Below are positions 39,966-49,315 of a DNA stretch of 64,000 nt, one piece after another. Under the pieces are notes generated by a model. It was not told the origin of the DNA and did no database searches. It saw only the letters and a list, made by a program, of their open reading frames with translations. Both the position numbers and the translations under genes were made by a program. Within the stretch, counting starts at the first letter, position 1, and each line of letters opens with the position of its first letter. Source of the stretch: Coleofasciculus sp. B1-GNL1-01 (GTDB taxonomy: Bacteria; Cyanobacteriota; Cyanobacteriia; Cyanobacteriales; Coleofasciculaceae); the NCBI GenBank assembly GCA_040220235.1, contig JAVJTO010000082.1. One strand, written 5' to 3'.

Positions 39966-40352
39966 ATGTCGCAGAAAATTATCAATTTAACCTGTCTCCT
40001 TGTCATTCAAGAAGTCAAAGATATCTTGGTAACTTATCCAGAGACTCCTTATCAAGAGGCATTTGCTCAGGCAGAATTATTTAACCAGCTCGTTAACCAG
40101 GTATTAAGTCGAATTCCGGATCAATCTTATACTATCCTGTACGAATCTGAAAAACTCCCCAAAAACCCTAGACGCTTTTACTCTTCCATAGAAGAGCGAA
40201 TGATGGTCGAAGAACTGATTCATCAGACTATTATTGCTCTACTGAGAACGCAGAGAAAAAAAACGTTACATTCCCCGGCATCAGAAGACAACCGTTCTGC
40301 TAATGCAGCGATGAGTTCCAACGAAAAACTCTATCGTTGGTTCAGCTATTAG
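39966..40352 (+). CDS. Conserved cyanobacterial hypothetical protein, possibly ComFB-like
   Basis: IINLT..LVIQEV..IL..YP..PYQ.AF...L...VLSRIP pattern. Confidence 0.5.
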   Translation: MSQKIINLTCLLVIQEVKDILVTYPETPYQEAFAQAELFNQLVNQVLSRIPDQSYTILYESEKLPKNPRRFYSSIEERMMVEELIHQTIIALLRTQRKKTLHSPASEDNRSANAAMSSNEKLYRWFSY

Positions 40353-40452
40353 GGCGTTGAGATCAGGATACAGCACAGGACTTAATATTATGTCGGGTTG
40401 AATACTTACACGAAGTCCCTAGACATAAATTTTGTCCGCCAAACATTCCGGT

Positions 40453-40518
40453 AGATCCCCGACTTCTGAATCCCATTCATTTAGGTAAGCAGGATTTCGA
40501 CAAAGAAGTCGGGGATCT
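40453..40518. repeat. 15-bp perfect inverted repeat element
   Basis: AGATCCCCGACTTCT ... AGAAGTCGGGGATCT. Confidence 0.75.
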
Positions 40519-40619
40519 GGAGTGTAAGAGTACGATGAAAACGTTGGATGATACAATAGTCGCCAATGCCAAATCATGTCGGTTTTGGCTGAGTCAATCC
40601 AGGAGTCCCCCTTCACCTG

Positions 40620-41672
40620 ATGTCCAGACGAACGGCGAACCCGGCTAATGTATTCAATCGAATTCCCGGACGCGCTTATCTGTTGATTGCGATTGTGATT
40701 TTCGCGTCAGCCAATGCGGTAATCCGGATGTTAACCAATTTGGGAGATCAAAATCTAATCGATGGCAGAAATCCCATCTCGTTCTGCAATGTTCTGTTTG
40801 CGGGAAATCTTTGTGCCTTAATCGCCCTCATCTTAATCTATGGCAAGCAGTGGAATGTTGAGTCCATAAAACGTCTCTCCTGGACAGATTGGCTAGGATT
40901 GACGGGGGTGGCAATACTGTCCGGGGCATTAGCTCCGGCTTTAACATTTATGGCACTAGACTTGACAATGGTCAATAATGTGGTGCTAATTGGTCGCATT
41001 GAACCGCCCCTGATTCTGGCGTTATCCATACTATTGCTGGGAGAACGGGTAAATAAGTGGGTGATAGCGGGTGCGGTGGTTTCGTTCATTGGCGTTTCTC
41101 TGACTGTATTACTTCAGACTCCCGCCACGGATATGGTGAATATGGGAAGATTCCAGATTGGCAGAGGGGAATTATTTGCCGCAGGTGGTGCCGTGGCGTT
41201 AGCCTTGTCCACGATTATTAGTAAGGTGAAGTTACGTCAGATTCCGTTGGCTATTTTCAGTATCTATCGTATGGCAATGGCAACATTAGTGTTCTTGGTG
41301 GTTGTCTTGATGCTGTTTGAACCCAATCATTTTATGGATGTGTTTTCGCCTTTTCTGTGGCAATGGATGTTGATTTACGGCATGGTGATTGTCGTCGGGG
41401 GTCAACTCTGTTGGTTTCGCGGATTAAAGACAACAGGTGCAGCGGATGTTTCCTTAGCCAGTTCCTTTAGCCCCATTGCCGGAATTTTAGCGGCATATTT
41501 TATTCTGGGGGAAGCGCCCACCATGGCGCAATATATCGGTGGGGCGGTGATTATTGGCGGTATTGTCCTCAATCAGATTGGTGTGTTTCGCAAAATGGCG
41601 GAAACGATTACGCTGCCACCTGGGAATTCCGATAAGGAAGCGGATACAGAGGTGGGCTTTAAAGGAGTTTGA
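40620..41672 (+). CDS. DMT/EamA family transporter
   Basis: Ten TM helices in two EamA repeats, LLLGER and FILGEAP. Confidence 0.9.
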   Translation: MSRRTANPANVFNRIPGRAYLLIAIVIFASANAVIRMLTNLGDQNLIDGRNPISFCNVLFAGNLCALIALILIYGKQWNVESIKRLSWTDWLGLTGVAILSGALAPALTFMALDLTMVNNVVLIGRIEPPLILALSILLLGERVNKWVIAGAVVSFIGVSLTVLLQTPATDMVNMGRFQIGRGELFAAGGAVALALSTIISKVKLRQIPLAIFSIYRMAMATLVFLVVVLMLFEPNHFMDVFSPFLWQWMLIYGMVIVVGGQLCWFRGLKTTGAADVSLASSFSPIAGILAAYFILGEAPTMAQYIGGAVIIGGIVLNQIGVFRKMAETITLPPGNSDKEADTEVGFKGV

Positions 41673-41716
41673 ACCACCAGTTATGGACTATTTGAGGTTC
41701 ATATCATCCCCTTTTG

Positions 41717-41968
41717 CCACGGCGATTGAAATCGCTGCTACACAAACAAAGTCCGCCTGCGCGGACTGGGTTATCAGGGGGGTAGTTAACCCGGATTTAG
41801 TCGGATAGGATATACCGTAGGGTGGACACTGCCCACCAGCATACCAGTCAGTACCATTCGTCTTAACTTGAATGGCACTGACTTTAGATTTTGTAGTCAG
41901 CGCTTTAGCGCTTCTGGCACTAAAGTGCCTACTACGAAACCAGCTTAAGTCAGTACCATCCGTCTTAC
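41717..41968. repeat. Cluster of palindromic REP/MITE-like elements
   Basis: GCGATTGAAATCGC, AGTCCGCCTGCGCGGACT, AGCGCTTTAGCGCT, GGCACTAAAGTGCC; AGTCAGTACCATYCGTCTTA repeated at ~41846 and ~41948. Confidence 0.6.
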
Positions 41969-42192
41969 ATTTAGGCTATAGGAATAATCAGGAATTTAAA
42001 TCGATACCTGGGAAATGCTCTCTCCAGCCCTCTATGCCGCTACTACAGCGGTTTTACGGCTATCTCTGAACGTTTGTCAAGTCGTAATACCTGGTTTAAA
42101 TCCCAATTGACGTAGAGTTGCCGTTTAAGTTTTATTACAATTAGAATAACTACTTTGAACAATTGTTAACTAATTGCTGCCCTACTTCGTGC

Positions 42193-42693
42193 ATGATGTT
42201 CATTACCAACCAACTGCCCACCGCAACTCTTGAACTCAAGCCAGCCGTTAACCAGGCGTTTAACGACTTCCAGCGCCTGTCTGTTGAGGATCAGTTAGGG
42301 CTGCTTTGGGGAATGTACCAAAACCTAGGTTGTTCTCTAGCACCAACACCTGCGGGTGCGGCACGGCTATTTTTGACCCAAGGGTTGCTGCATCGGATCA
42401 AGCAAATGCCTGCTACTGAACAGTTAGCGGCGATGCAGGACTTATTACAGGAGACAGATAGCCCCATCAGTCGTCAATACGGACTATTCACGTTGAAAAC
42501 CAAACTGGCGTTTTGGACTCAGCTATTTGATTGGATGTCCACAGGTGAAGTGAGTCCAGTGGCAATCGCTTCTTCGCTTTCTTCCTCAGCTACAACCCTG
42601 TTGAGAACGATCGCGTTATTAGACCTGAATGAGCAAATTTCCCTATTCAATGAGATCATTGACCAGATGGGTGTTGCCCCTTTAGCCGCTTAG
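42193..42693 (+). CDS. Helical carotenoid protein (orange carotenoid protein N-terminal domain homologue)
   Basis: FQRLSVEDQLGLLW..Y, EQLAAMQDL, SPISRQY, TKLAFW, MGVAP; no NTF2 C-terminal domain. Confidence 0.85.
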   Translation: MMFITNQLPTATLELKPAVNQAFNDFQRLSVEDQLGLLWGMYQNLGCSLAPTPAGAARLFLTQGLLHRIKQMPATEQLAAMQDLLQETDSPISRQYGLFTLKTKLAFWTQLFDWMSTGEVSPVAIASSLSSSATTLLRTIALLDLNEQISLFNEIIDQMGVAPLAA

Positions 42694-42712
42694 GAATTTG
42701 GCGGTTGGGTAT

Positions 42713-43030
42713 CTATTCAAGTTCAACTTCTAATAGCCCAACTGTTACAGCAGCAAAGGCAAAGGCTACACCCAAAGGCATAGGCGACTGGAAATAAACG
42801 GTCAAAATAGCGGCAACAACAGTAACCAACATTGCCCCAATTGACCACCACTTTTCTTCGCCACTCCAGCCTTTTTCCGCTTTAATCCATTTCAAGGCGT
42901 CCGTCGGTAGTGGTTCTGGAATTACAGCGCCCGGTGGGAACGCCCAATAGTTATTGCGCTCAACATATAAGTCTGTCCAGCCGTTCTCGTAGCACCATTC
43001 GTTTAACCAAGCTTCACAGTAATGTTTCAT
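42713..43030 (-). CDS. Conserved cyanobacterial membrane hypothetical protein
   Basis: WL.EWC.ENGWTDL, WAFPPGAVIPEP, two C-terminal TMs. Confidence 0.7.
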   Translation of the reverse strand: MKHYCEAWLNEWCYENGWTDLYVERNNYWAFPPGAVIPEPLPTDALKWIKAEKGWSGEEKWWSIGAMLVTVVAAILTVYFQSPMPLGVAFAFAAVTVGLLEVELE

Positions 43031-43155
43031 CGGATTTTGTTAAAATGTGTTAAATTAGTCTGCTTTACAGCCTCAATAACATTAGCAAATCTTTTTCCAG
43101 ACTAAAAGAGGAATAAATACCTAATTCGTCATTGGTCATTGGTCATTGGTCTTTC

Positions 43156-43461
43156 GTTGCTTACGGGGTGACAAGCTAGCTGAAGTGTTGAGCCATCCGG
43201 CTTTTAGCCCATTTCTTCTTGTCACAGATAGGGTCAGAGATAGCAGTTTTTTGTGGGGGGGGAGACCCCCCCCACCCCCACAAGGGGGGGCGGGGCGCCC
43301 CCCCAAACCCCCCGCGCAACGCATCGCTAATCCCATACCTCATCCGGTGGTCTTCATCTGTCAATAAGAATGTCAATAAGACTTCATCTTTGGAGATATT
43401 AATGTCGCTCAAAACCTGATTTTTAAAGGTTTTGGACGGCTTGTCACCCCTTCAGGGCAAC
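43156..43461. mobile_element. MITE-like element with terminal inverted repeats
   Basis: GGGGTGACAAGC (43165-43176) and GCTTGTCACCCC (43439-43450), flanked by GTTGC/GCAAC; internal G/C-run hairpins. Confidence 0.65.
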
Positions 43462-43648
43462 CGTAGAAGTGGTGGGGATGGCACCAGAGGAGGAGTGTGA
43501 ACAGGAAATGTTTGTGGAGATTGCCTGGGATGATTATACGCTGGCGGTTCCGTTGATTCAGCTAGAGGCTCCAGAGGCAGATGCAGAAACCCAACAGGCG
43601 ATCGCAGATTGGCATTACTGGGTGAATCAAGGCTATGAGTTTGGGTAA
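43460..43648 (+). pseudogene. ccbP: 3' half of a CcbP-like calcium-binding protein gene
   Basis: TVEVVGMAPEEECEQEMFVEIAWDDYTLAVPLIQLEAPEADAETQQAIADWHYWVNQGYEFG*; the 5' half is replaced by the MITE. Confidence 0.7.
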
Positions 43649-43804
43649 ATTAAATTGATAAAGATACTCCAACAAGCAAGGCAAAAAATCTCAAGACGGC
43701 TAGCCGTGCAGACGCGATGACCCATAGCGTGATCGCACTCACAGATGGCTCATCCTACCCCTACTGCTACAATCAAAGCAACCTTAAACAATACATTACC
43801 GCCA

Positions 43805-44161
43805 ATGCAAATTATCATAGAAGTCCCCGATCGCCTGGGTGAAAAACTGCAACAATTGGGCGATCGCCTCCCAGAAGCCCTTGATCGCGCAATTGAGGAA
43901 CTTATCCCCCCAGAAACCATCTGCTACCAAGACGAACTCCAGATCGTCGAACTGCTTGCTAGTCAACCCAGTCCAGAAGTTATCCTTGCCATCCGCCCCA
44001 CGCCTGCTTTACAAACCCGCATGAGCGAACTGCTCGATCGCAATAAATCGGGTACACTCTCGCGATCGGAAGAAGCCGAACTTGATCGATACTTGCTTCT
44101 AGAACATTGGGTGCGTTTAGCAAAAGCTCATGCTTACAAACACTTACAAACAGCAGCATGA
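43805..44161 (+). CDS. Putative antitoxin-like protein paired with HNH nuclease
   Basis: RMSELLDRNKSGTLSRSEEAELD motif; ATGA coupling to the HNH gene. Confidence 0.65.
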   Translation: MQIIIEVPDRLGEKLQQLGDRLPEALDRAIEELIPPETICYQDELQIVELLASQPSPEVILAIRPTPALQTRMSELLDRNKSGTLSRSEEAELDRYLLLEHWVRLAKAHAYKHLQTAA

Positions 44162-44586
44162 GTTATGTATCAGCAACTCTGCGTCGGCTAGTGACTCAAC
44201 GCGCCGGAGAGCAATGCGAGTATTGCCGATTTCCCCAAACAGCTTCACTTTTCGCCTTTGAAATGGAACATATCATTGCCGAAAAACATGATGGCATCAC
44301 TGAAGTTGAAAACCTAGCTTTATCTTGTCCTTACTGCAACCGCTTCAAAGGAACTGACCTCGGTTCACTCGACCCTGAGACACAACAGCTAACCCCCTTT
44401 TTTAATCCCCGTCTTCAGAAATGGTCAGACCACTTCCAGCTAGATGGAGGAACGATCATTCCACTAACTGCCCAAGGGCGCGTAACCGCTAAAATTTTAC
44501 AATTTAACCTTCCAGAACGTATCCTCGAACGCGAGCAACTCATTATGAACGGAGAATATCCACCACCTCATCCACAAACAACATAA
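44158..44586 (+). CDS. HNH endonuclease
   Basis: RAGEQCEYC, EHIIAEKHDG, NLALSCPYCNRFKG, FFNPR..W. Confidence 0.9.
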   Translation: MSYVSATLRRLVTQRAGEQCEYCRFPQTASLFAFEMEHIIAEKHDGITEVENLALSCPYCNRFKGTDLGSLDPETQQLTPFFNPRLQKWSDHFQLDGGTIIPLTAQGRVTAKILQFNLPERILEREQLIMNGEYPPPHPQTT

Positions 44587-44872
44587 TGGCTCTTTTCCCT
44601 GGCAGTAGAGGCAGATGCACAAACCCAACAGGCGATCGCAGATTGGCATTACTGGGTGCATCAAGGCTATGAGTTTGGGTAAATTAAATTGATAAAGATA
44701 CTCTAATAAGCAAGGCAAAAAATCTCAAGACGGCTAGCCGTGCGGACGCGATCACAGACGCTTAGTTGCAGAGGCGTTAGAAAGTTTACCCCAAGTTGCG
44801 TGATGGCTGGGATTACTGGAAGCAGAGCGCGATCGCTACAATAAAGGTAATTTTCAATTATCCCTGTACTCT

Positions 44873-45202
44873 ATGACTCGTCAGGAACTGGAACATCAGC
44901 TTCTTCGCCTATCCCCTGCTGACAAAGCAGACATCATTCAGAGTCTGACCAAAACCCTGAGAACAGGCGGAAAAGGAATCAGCAAAACTCCTGGTATTTG
45001 TGGTGGAGAAGCCTGTATTGCTGGAACCCGAATTGCCGTTTGGTTATTAGTTGAAGCCCAACAGCTTGGCATCAGTGAAGCCCAACTCCTACAAGACTAT
45101 CCTCACATCAGTGCGGCTGATCTGGTCAATGCTTGGGCGTATGCATATGCTTATCCCGAAGACATTGCAGCAGCGATTCGCGCCAATAATGAGGTTGTCT
45201 AG
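44873..45202 (+). CDS. DUF433 antitoxin
   Basis: TPGICGGEACIAGTRIAV, LLQDYPHI. Confidence 0.9.
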   Translation: MTRQELEHQLLRLSPADKADIIQSLTKTLRTGGKGISKTPGICGGEACIAGTRIAVWLLVEAQQLGISEAQLLQDYPHISAADLVNAWAYAYAYPEDIAAAIRANNEVV

Positions 45203-45205
45203 CCA

Positions 45206-45256
45206 ATGGCACGTTTGTATGCTGATGAGCAGAACCATGTACTCAGCATGAGCTAA
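45206..45256 (+). pseudogene. Stub of a DUF5615/PIN-like toxin
   Basis: MARLYADEQ (typical start of the PIN partner of DUF433) then unrelated NHVLSMS*. Confidence 0.65.
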
Positions 45257-45265
45257 ATTTCCACT

Positions 45266-45721
45266 ATGAATGATCAGAAATTAAAACGGAAAATTATAGT
45301 TATAGATGTACCCAAGTATCATCAAGCAATGAGAGCTGTATTTGAAGATGCTTTGGCATATTTTGCTGGGTTTGAAGATTTTGATTTAATTGTAATAGAT
45401 GCCAATCACACAAATTTAGCCAATGGTAATTTATTATACAAAATACAGCAAGAAATAAACCCGAAAAGATTTGTCCATATCATCTACATACAAGGCTGGC
45501 ACTATATAAATGGAGTTAAACTATTAAGTTATTTGCGTACAAATAGTTTAATTAAAACTATCCCCATTGTCATTTCATCTGCTGATGATAACATTGAAGA
45601 TTTTATGAATAAGCAATCGGTTTTCTTTGTTTCTGTTCCAATTTGTCTTTACGAATGGGGTCAAACTATAAACAGGGCATTTAAATTGGCAATTTTAGCC
45701 AGTAAAGCACAGCACAATTGA
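45266..45721 (+). CDS. AT-rich degenerate receiver-domain-like protein
   Basis: GVKLLSYLRTNSLIKTIPIVISSA resembles a REC C-half; canonical phospho-Asp and Lys not evident. Confidence 0.5.
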   Translation: MNDQKLKRKIIVIDVPKYHQAMRAVFEDALAYFAGFEDFDLIVIDANHTNLANGNLLYKIQQEINPKRFVHIIYIQGWHYINGVKLLSYLRTNSLIKTIPIVISSADDNIEDFMNKQSVFFVSVPICLYEWGQTINRAFKLAILASKAQHN

Positions 45722-45799
45722 CGGCTAAACCTGCTGCTACATCAGTAATTTGTAGGTTGGGTTGACGAAGGAAACCCAACAGCTCAGTATTATAGCGTT

Positions 45800-46131
45800 G
45801 AGCGCTGGTGTATTTACAGATTATGTTCAGAATTTACCCGACTTTGCCTATATGCGCGATCGCAGACGCTTGGTTGCAGAAACGTTGGCAGGTGTACCCC
45901 AAACGGTAAAGAATGCGAAATACAGACGGCTCAGGCGTTACCGGAGGTGCATCTTACACGAATCCTGAATTAGACTATATAGTTGTATTCCTAAAAGATT
46001 TGCCTGACTTTGGCAGTCTCCTTGTTCTCAATAGTAGGCAAATGCGGAGAGGCGATCGCGTGGCAATTATTCAGCATTCAGGCGGACACCTGAAGAAAAT
46101 CTCGATAAGGATAGTTAGGCAATGGCAATAA
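45800..46131 (+). pseudogene. Fragments of an EAD-trypsin-like serine protease gene
   Basis: YVQNLPDFAYMRDRRRLVAETLAGVPQ (EAD-like) in one frame; NPELDY...RVAIIQHSGGHLKKISI (trypsin-like) in another. Confidence 0.55.
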
Positions 46132-47243
46132 GTAACGATAGCCTTGAAAAATTATTGCCTCTACTCAGACCCTATTTACGGGATGAGAATGAGCGTCGAG
46201 CCTATTTGATCAGGGCGTTAGGCATGGATACACCTGTGTTGAATCGCCTGGTTTTAAATACACCTGTGGATTCTTTCATCACTAACATGGTGACGGAACT
46301 GGTTCGTTTAGGAAAAATACCCACTGGCAAACTAGCGCTTTGCGCCTTGTTGGAAGTGATTCGTGAAGATATGGGTGTAGACAACCGGGCAAAAGTAGAT
46401 AAACTACTTCAACAACTGCGAGAGGAGTTAACTGAGACACCTGTTGCTCAAGAATCGGTATCATCAAAACAAGACGCTCAAAATTTGCAGTGCGCTGTTA
46501 TCCTCACGGCTATTCCTATTGAATATAGAGCTGTTCGCGCTCACTTGACAAATCTCAAGGAAGAGATACACCCTGAAGGCACTATCTATGAACGAGGAAA
46601 CTTCTTATCTAATGGTCAATCATGGCAAATAGGAATTGTTGAAATCGGGGCAGGTAATACTGAGGCGGCTGTAGAAACGAAGCGAGCCATTGATTATTTT
46701 AAGCCGACTGTTGTACTCTTTGTGGGTGTAGCAGGTGGAATTAAACATGTTGACCTTGGTGACGTGGTGGCGGCAACAAAAGTTTATGGGTATGAATCCG
46801 GAAAAGTTGTCGAGGAAACGTTCCAACCTAGACCCAATACCAGCCTCGTAAGTTATCGTTTAGAACAGAGAGCTAAGGCTGAAGTTAGGAAAGAAGAGTG
46901 GTTAAACAGGATTGGAGAATCGATTCCAACACCAAAACCTCGCGCTTTCACAGGAGCCATAGCCGCAGGGGACAAAGTGGTGGCTTCAACGAAGTCTGAT
47001 GTGTATCAGCTTCTGCGGACAAACTATGGTGATGCGCTGGCGGTGGAAATGGAAAGTCATGGTTTTCTCAAGGCTGTTCGTGCTAATCCAGAAATCAATG
47101 CATTAATTATCCGTGGTATCTCCGATCTCATTGATGGTAAAAGCAATGCTGATGCGGCTGGCTCTCAGGAGAAAGCAGCACAACACGCTAGTGCTTTTGC
47201 ATTTGAAATCTTGGCAAAACTGTTAGGCGATGGCAATCAGTAG
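46122..47243 (+). CDS. Effector-associated domain (EAD) + MTA/SAH nucleosidase (PNP_UDP family)
   Basis: N-terminal ~100 aa homologous to the next gene; VILTAIPIEY, LFVGVAGG, LGDVV, AVEMESHG, IRGISD. Confidence 0.88.
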   Translation: MAISNDSLEKLLPLLRPYLRDENERRAYLIRALGMDTPVLNRLVLNTPVDSFITNMVTELVRLGKIPTGKLALCALLEVIREDMGVDNRAKVDKLLQQLREELTETPVAQESVSSKQDAQNLQCAVILTAIPIEYRAVRAHLTNLKEEIHPEGTIYERGNFLSNGQSWQIGIVEIGAGNTEAAVETKRAIDYFKPTVVLFVGVAGGIKHVDLGDVVAATKVYGYESGKVVEETFQPRPNTSLVSYRLEQRAKAEVRKEEWLNRIGESIPTPKPRAFTGAIAAGDKVVASTKSDVYQLLRTNYGDALAVEMESHGFLKAVRANPEINALIIRGISDLIDGKSNADAAGSQEKAAQHASAFAFEILAKLLGDGNQ

Positions 47244-48330
47244 CGATATAATTCAAAAATTATTGCCTCTACTTAGACCCCTTATGGAGGATGAAAACCA
47301 GCGTCGAGGATACTTGATGAGGGCGTTGGGAATGGATGCACCCGTGTTACGTCGTCTTGTCTGGAGTACGCCTGTGGATGTTTTCATTACAGGTATGATC
47401 AAGGAACTGGTGATCTTTGGTGAAATTACCCCGGGTCAACCCGCGCTTTTGGCTTTGTTGAATGTGATTCGTCAAGATGTGGGTCGAGATATTCAGCTAC
47501 ACATTGATGAACTCATTGTAGAAGTTCAAACCCAACAGAACGTTCTCCCGATTCAAACGCCGCCTCATTTACTGTTTGATTTGCTGCTCATAATGGATTT
47601 TAAGCAGCAGGTGCGGTTGGTGAAAGAAGTCATGACATCACATCAAATCGCGGCTTTCTTGGTTCACGGTGAGGCTTGCTGCGGACAGCAACTTTTAGTG
47701 ACTCGATTATTCCGGTTGAAGCCACAGTGGAAGACGATATCGCCGATTAAGATTGATGTGAATCATAACGGTATCGGGAACAAGATTCCTCTCCTGTGGC
47801 GACGAGTGGCGGCTTGGTTTGGGTTGCCAAAAGAGGCTGAACCGAAAGAGATTATTGATCAAATTTGCGATCGCGTTTCCACTCAAGATGTTATTTTTAT
47901 CTTTGATAGCGTGGAGTATATGCTGCCCAATGTCCTGGTGGCGTGGCTTCAAGAGTTCTGGGAACCTCTGGTAAAACGAATTGAGCCAGAGTCCTGTCTG
48001 ACTCCAGAGGCAACCCATCTGTTAATGTTCTTGGTAGATCATAGAGGCAGCATTTGTCAATCAACGATTCAATTGGCACAGGAATGGGAGCAACCCGAAT
48101 ATCCTCGGATTCCTTTGCACTTGCCACCCGTGAGTCCATTTCCGCCAGATATCTTAGAGGATTGGCTAGATATGGTGACGGGATTTAGGGATATACAGAT
48201 ACCTGCGGGGTTAACCTCTCAACTCTTATTAGAGAAGTCAGAAGACGGGATTCCTGAATTTGTCTATGAGGAAATTTGTTGCCACTGCGGCTATGATTGG
48301 GAGGGAGAATTGGCAAAATGGTTAATTTAG
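47230..48330 (+). CDS. EAD + inactive STAND NTPase (iSTAND)
   Basis: Same N-terminal domain as 46122; AFLVHGEACCGQQLL degenerate Walker A; VIFIFD Walker B region; FWEPL. Confidence 0.8.
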   Translation: MAISSDIIQKLLPLLRPLMEDENQRRGYLMRALGMDAPVLRRLVWSTPVDVFITGMIKELVIFGEITPGQPALLALLNVIRQDVGRDIQLHIDELIVEVQTQQNVLPIQTPPHLLFDLLLIMDFKQQVRLVKEVMTSHQIAAFLVHGEACCGQQLLVTRLFRLKPQWKTISPIKIDVNHNGIGNKIPLLWRRVAAWFGLPKEAEPKEIIDQICDRVSTQDVIFIFDSVEYMLPNVLVAWLQEFWEPLVKRIEPESCLTPEATHLLMFLVDHRGSICQSTIQLAQEWEQPEYPRIPLHLPPVSPFPPDILEDWLDMVTGFRDIQIPAGLTSQLLLEKSEDGIPEFVYEEICCHCGYDWEGELAKWLI

Positions 48331-49235
48331 CAGATGCACTGGCGGCTAGTGGGAAACCATTCTATCAGGGTAAACTCATTTCACCTCAAGAGTGTCAGGA
48401 GAATGGACTCACGCCTTATTTACCCTCACCCGAACTGATTAATGCGGTTAATCTTGCCATCTTTCTGGAAAAACGCCCCCTGTTACTCAAAGGTGAACCC
48501 GGATGTGGTAAAACTCGCTTGGCGCAGGCGGTGGCTTACGAATTAGGATTACCCTATGAGCCTTGGTATATTAAATCTACCAGTCGGGCAAGAGATGGAC
48601 TCTACACCTACGACGCCGTAAGACGATTACATGATGCTCAACTGGTGCGGATGGGGGAAAAGAGTCAATCGAAGGTTGATGATTTAAATAATTATATTGA
48701 AATGGGAGCGCTGGGACGGGCGTTTGCTAATTCCCAGCGCACGGTGGTATTGATTGATGAAATTGATAAGGCGGATATTGATTTCCCTAACGATTTGTTA
48801 CGAGAGCTTGACGAGCAGCAATTCGCGATTGAGGAGACGGGAACGGAAGTTAAGGCAAATTTCCCTCCGATTGTATTTGTGACGAGCAACGATGAAAAGG
48901 ATTTACCCGATGCCTTTCTGCGCCGTTGTCTGTTTTATTACATTGAATTTCCTAATTCACAATTAACCGAGATTGTCAAGGCTCACTTTCCGGAATCATC
49001 GCCGGAGTTAGTCGAGGGAGCAGTGCAGCGTTTTAGGGAACTGCGGCAGACAATGGAGAAAGGGAAATCAGGAAAAAAGGTGAGTACCAGTGAGTTGCTG
49101 GATTGGTTTGCCGTGTTGCGTCAATTTCCTCAAGATCAGGTGTTGCAGCAGCTTGAGGGTAAATTGCCGTTTTCAGAAGTGCTGCTGAAGAAATGGGAAG
49201 ATCATCTACGTTATAGCAGTAGAGATATTTCTTAG
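48318..49235 (+). CDS. MoxR-family AAA+ ATPase
   Basis: PLLLKGEPGCGKT, LYTYDAV.RL.D, VLIDEIDKADIDFPNDLL, TSNDEKDLPDAFLRRC. Confidence 0.93.
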   Translation: MVNLADALAASGKPFYQGKLISPQECQENGLTPYLPSPELINAVNLAIFLEKRPLLLKGEPGCGKTRLAQAVAYELGLPYEPWYIKSTSRARDGLYTYDAVRRLHDAQLVRMGEKSQSKVDDLNNYIEMGALGRAFANSQRTVVLIDEIDKADIDFPNDLLRELDEQQFAIEETGTEVKANFPPIVFVTSNDEKDLPDAFLRRCLFYYIEFPNSQLTEIVKAHFPESSPELVEGAVQRFRELRQTMEKGKSGKKVSTSELLDWFAVLRQFPQDQVLQQLEGKLPFSEVLLKKWEDHLRYSSRDIS

Positions 49236-49315
49236 GAGAAACCGACTGGTGTAGAGACGTTGCATGCAACGGCTCTAAATAACATAAATGTTCTGTTCGA
49301 CTCGAACCGTTAACC

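Larger units (their letters stand above)
43573..44752. repeat. 146-bp direct repeats (43573-43718 and 44607-44752)
   Basis: Manual alignment shows about 5 mismatches; each copy contains a HIP1 site. Confidence 0.9.

Noticed and set aside
43136..43419. Four overlapping Gly/Pro-rich ORFs
   Set aside because: They lie within a MITE-like element with G/C runs; no protein motifs
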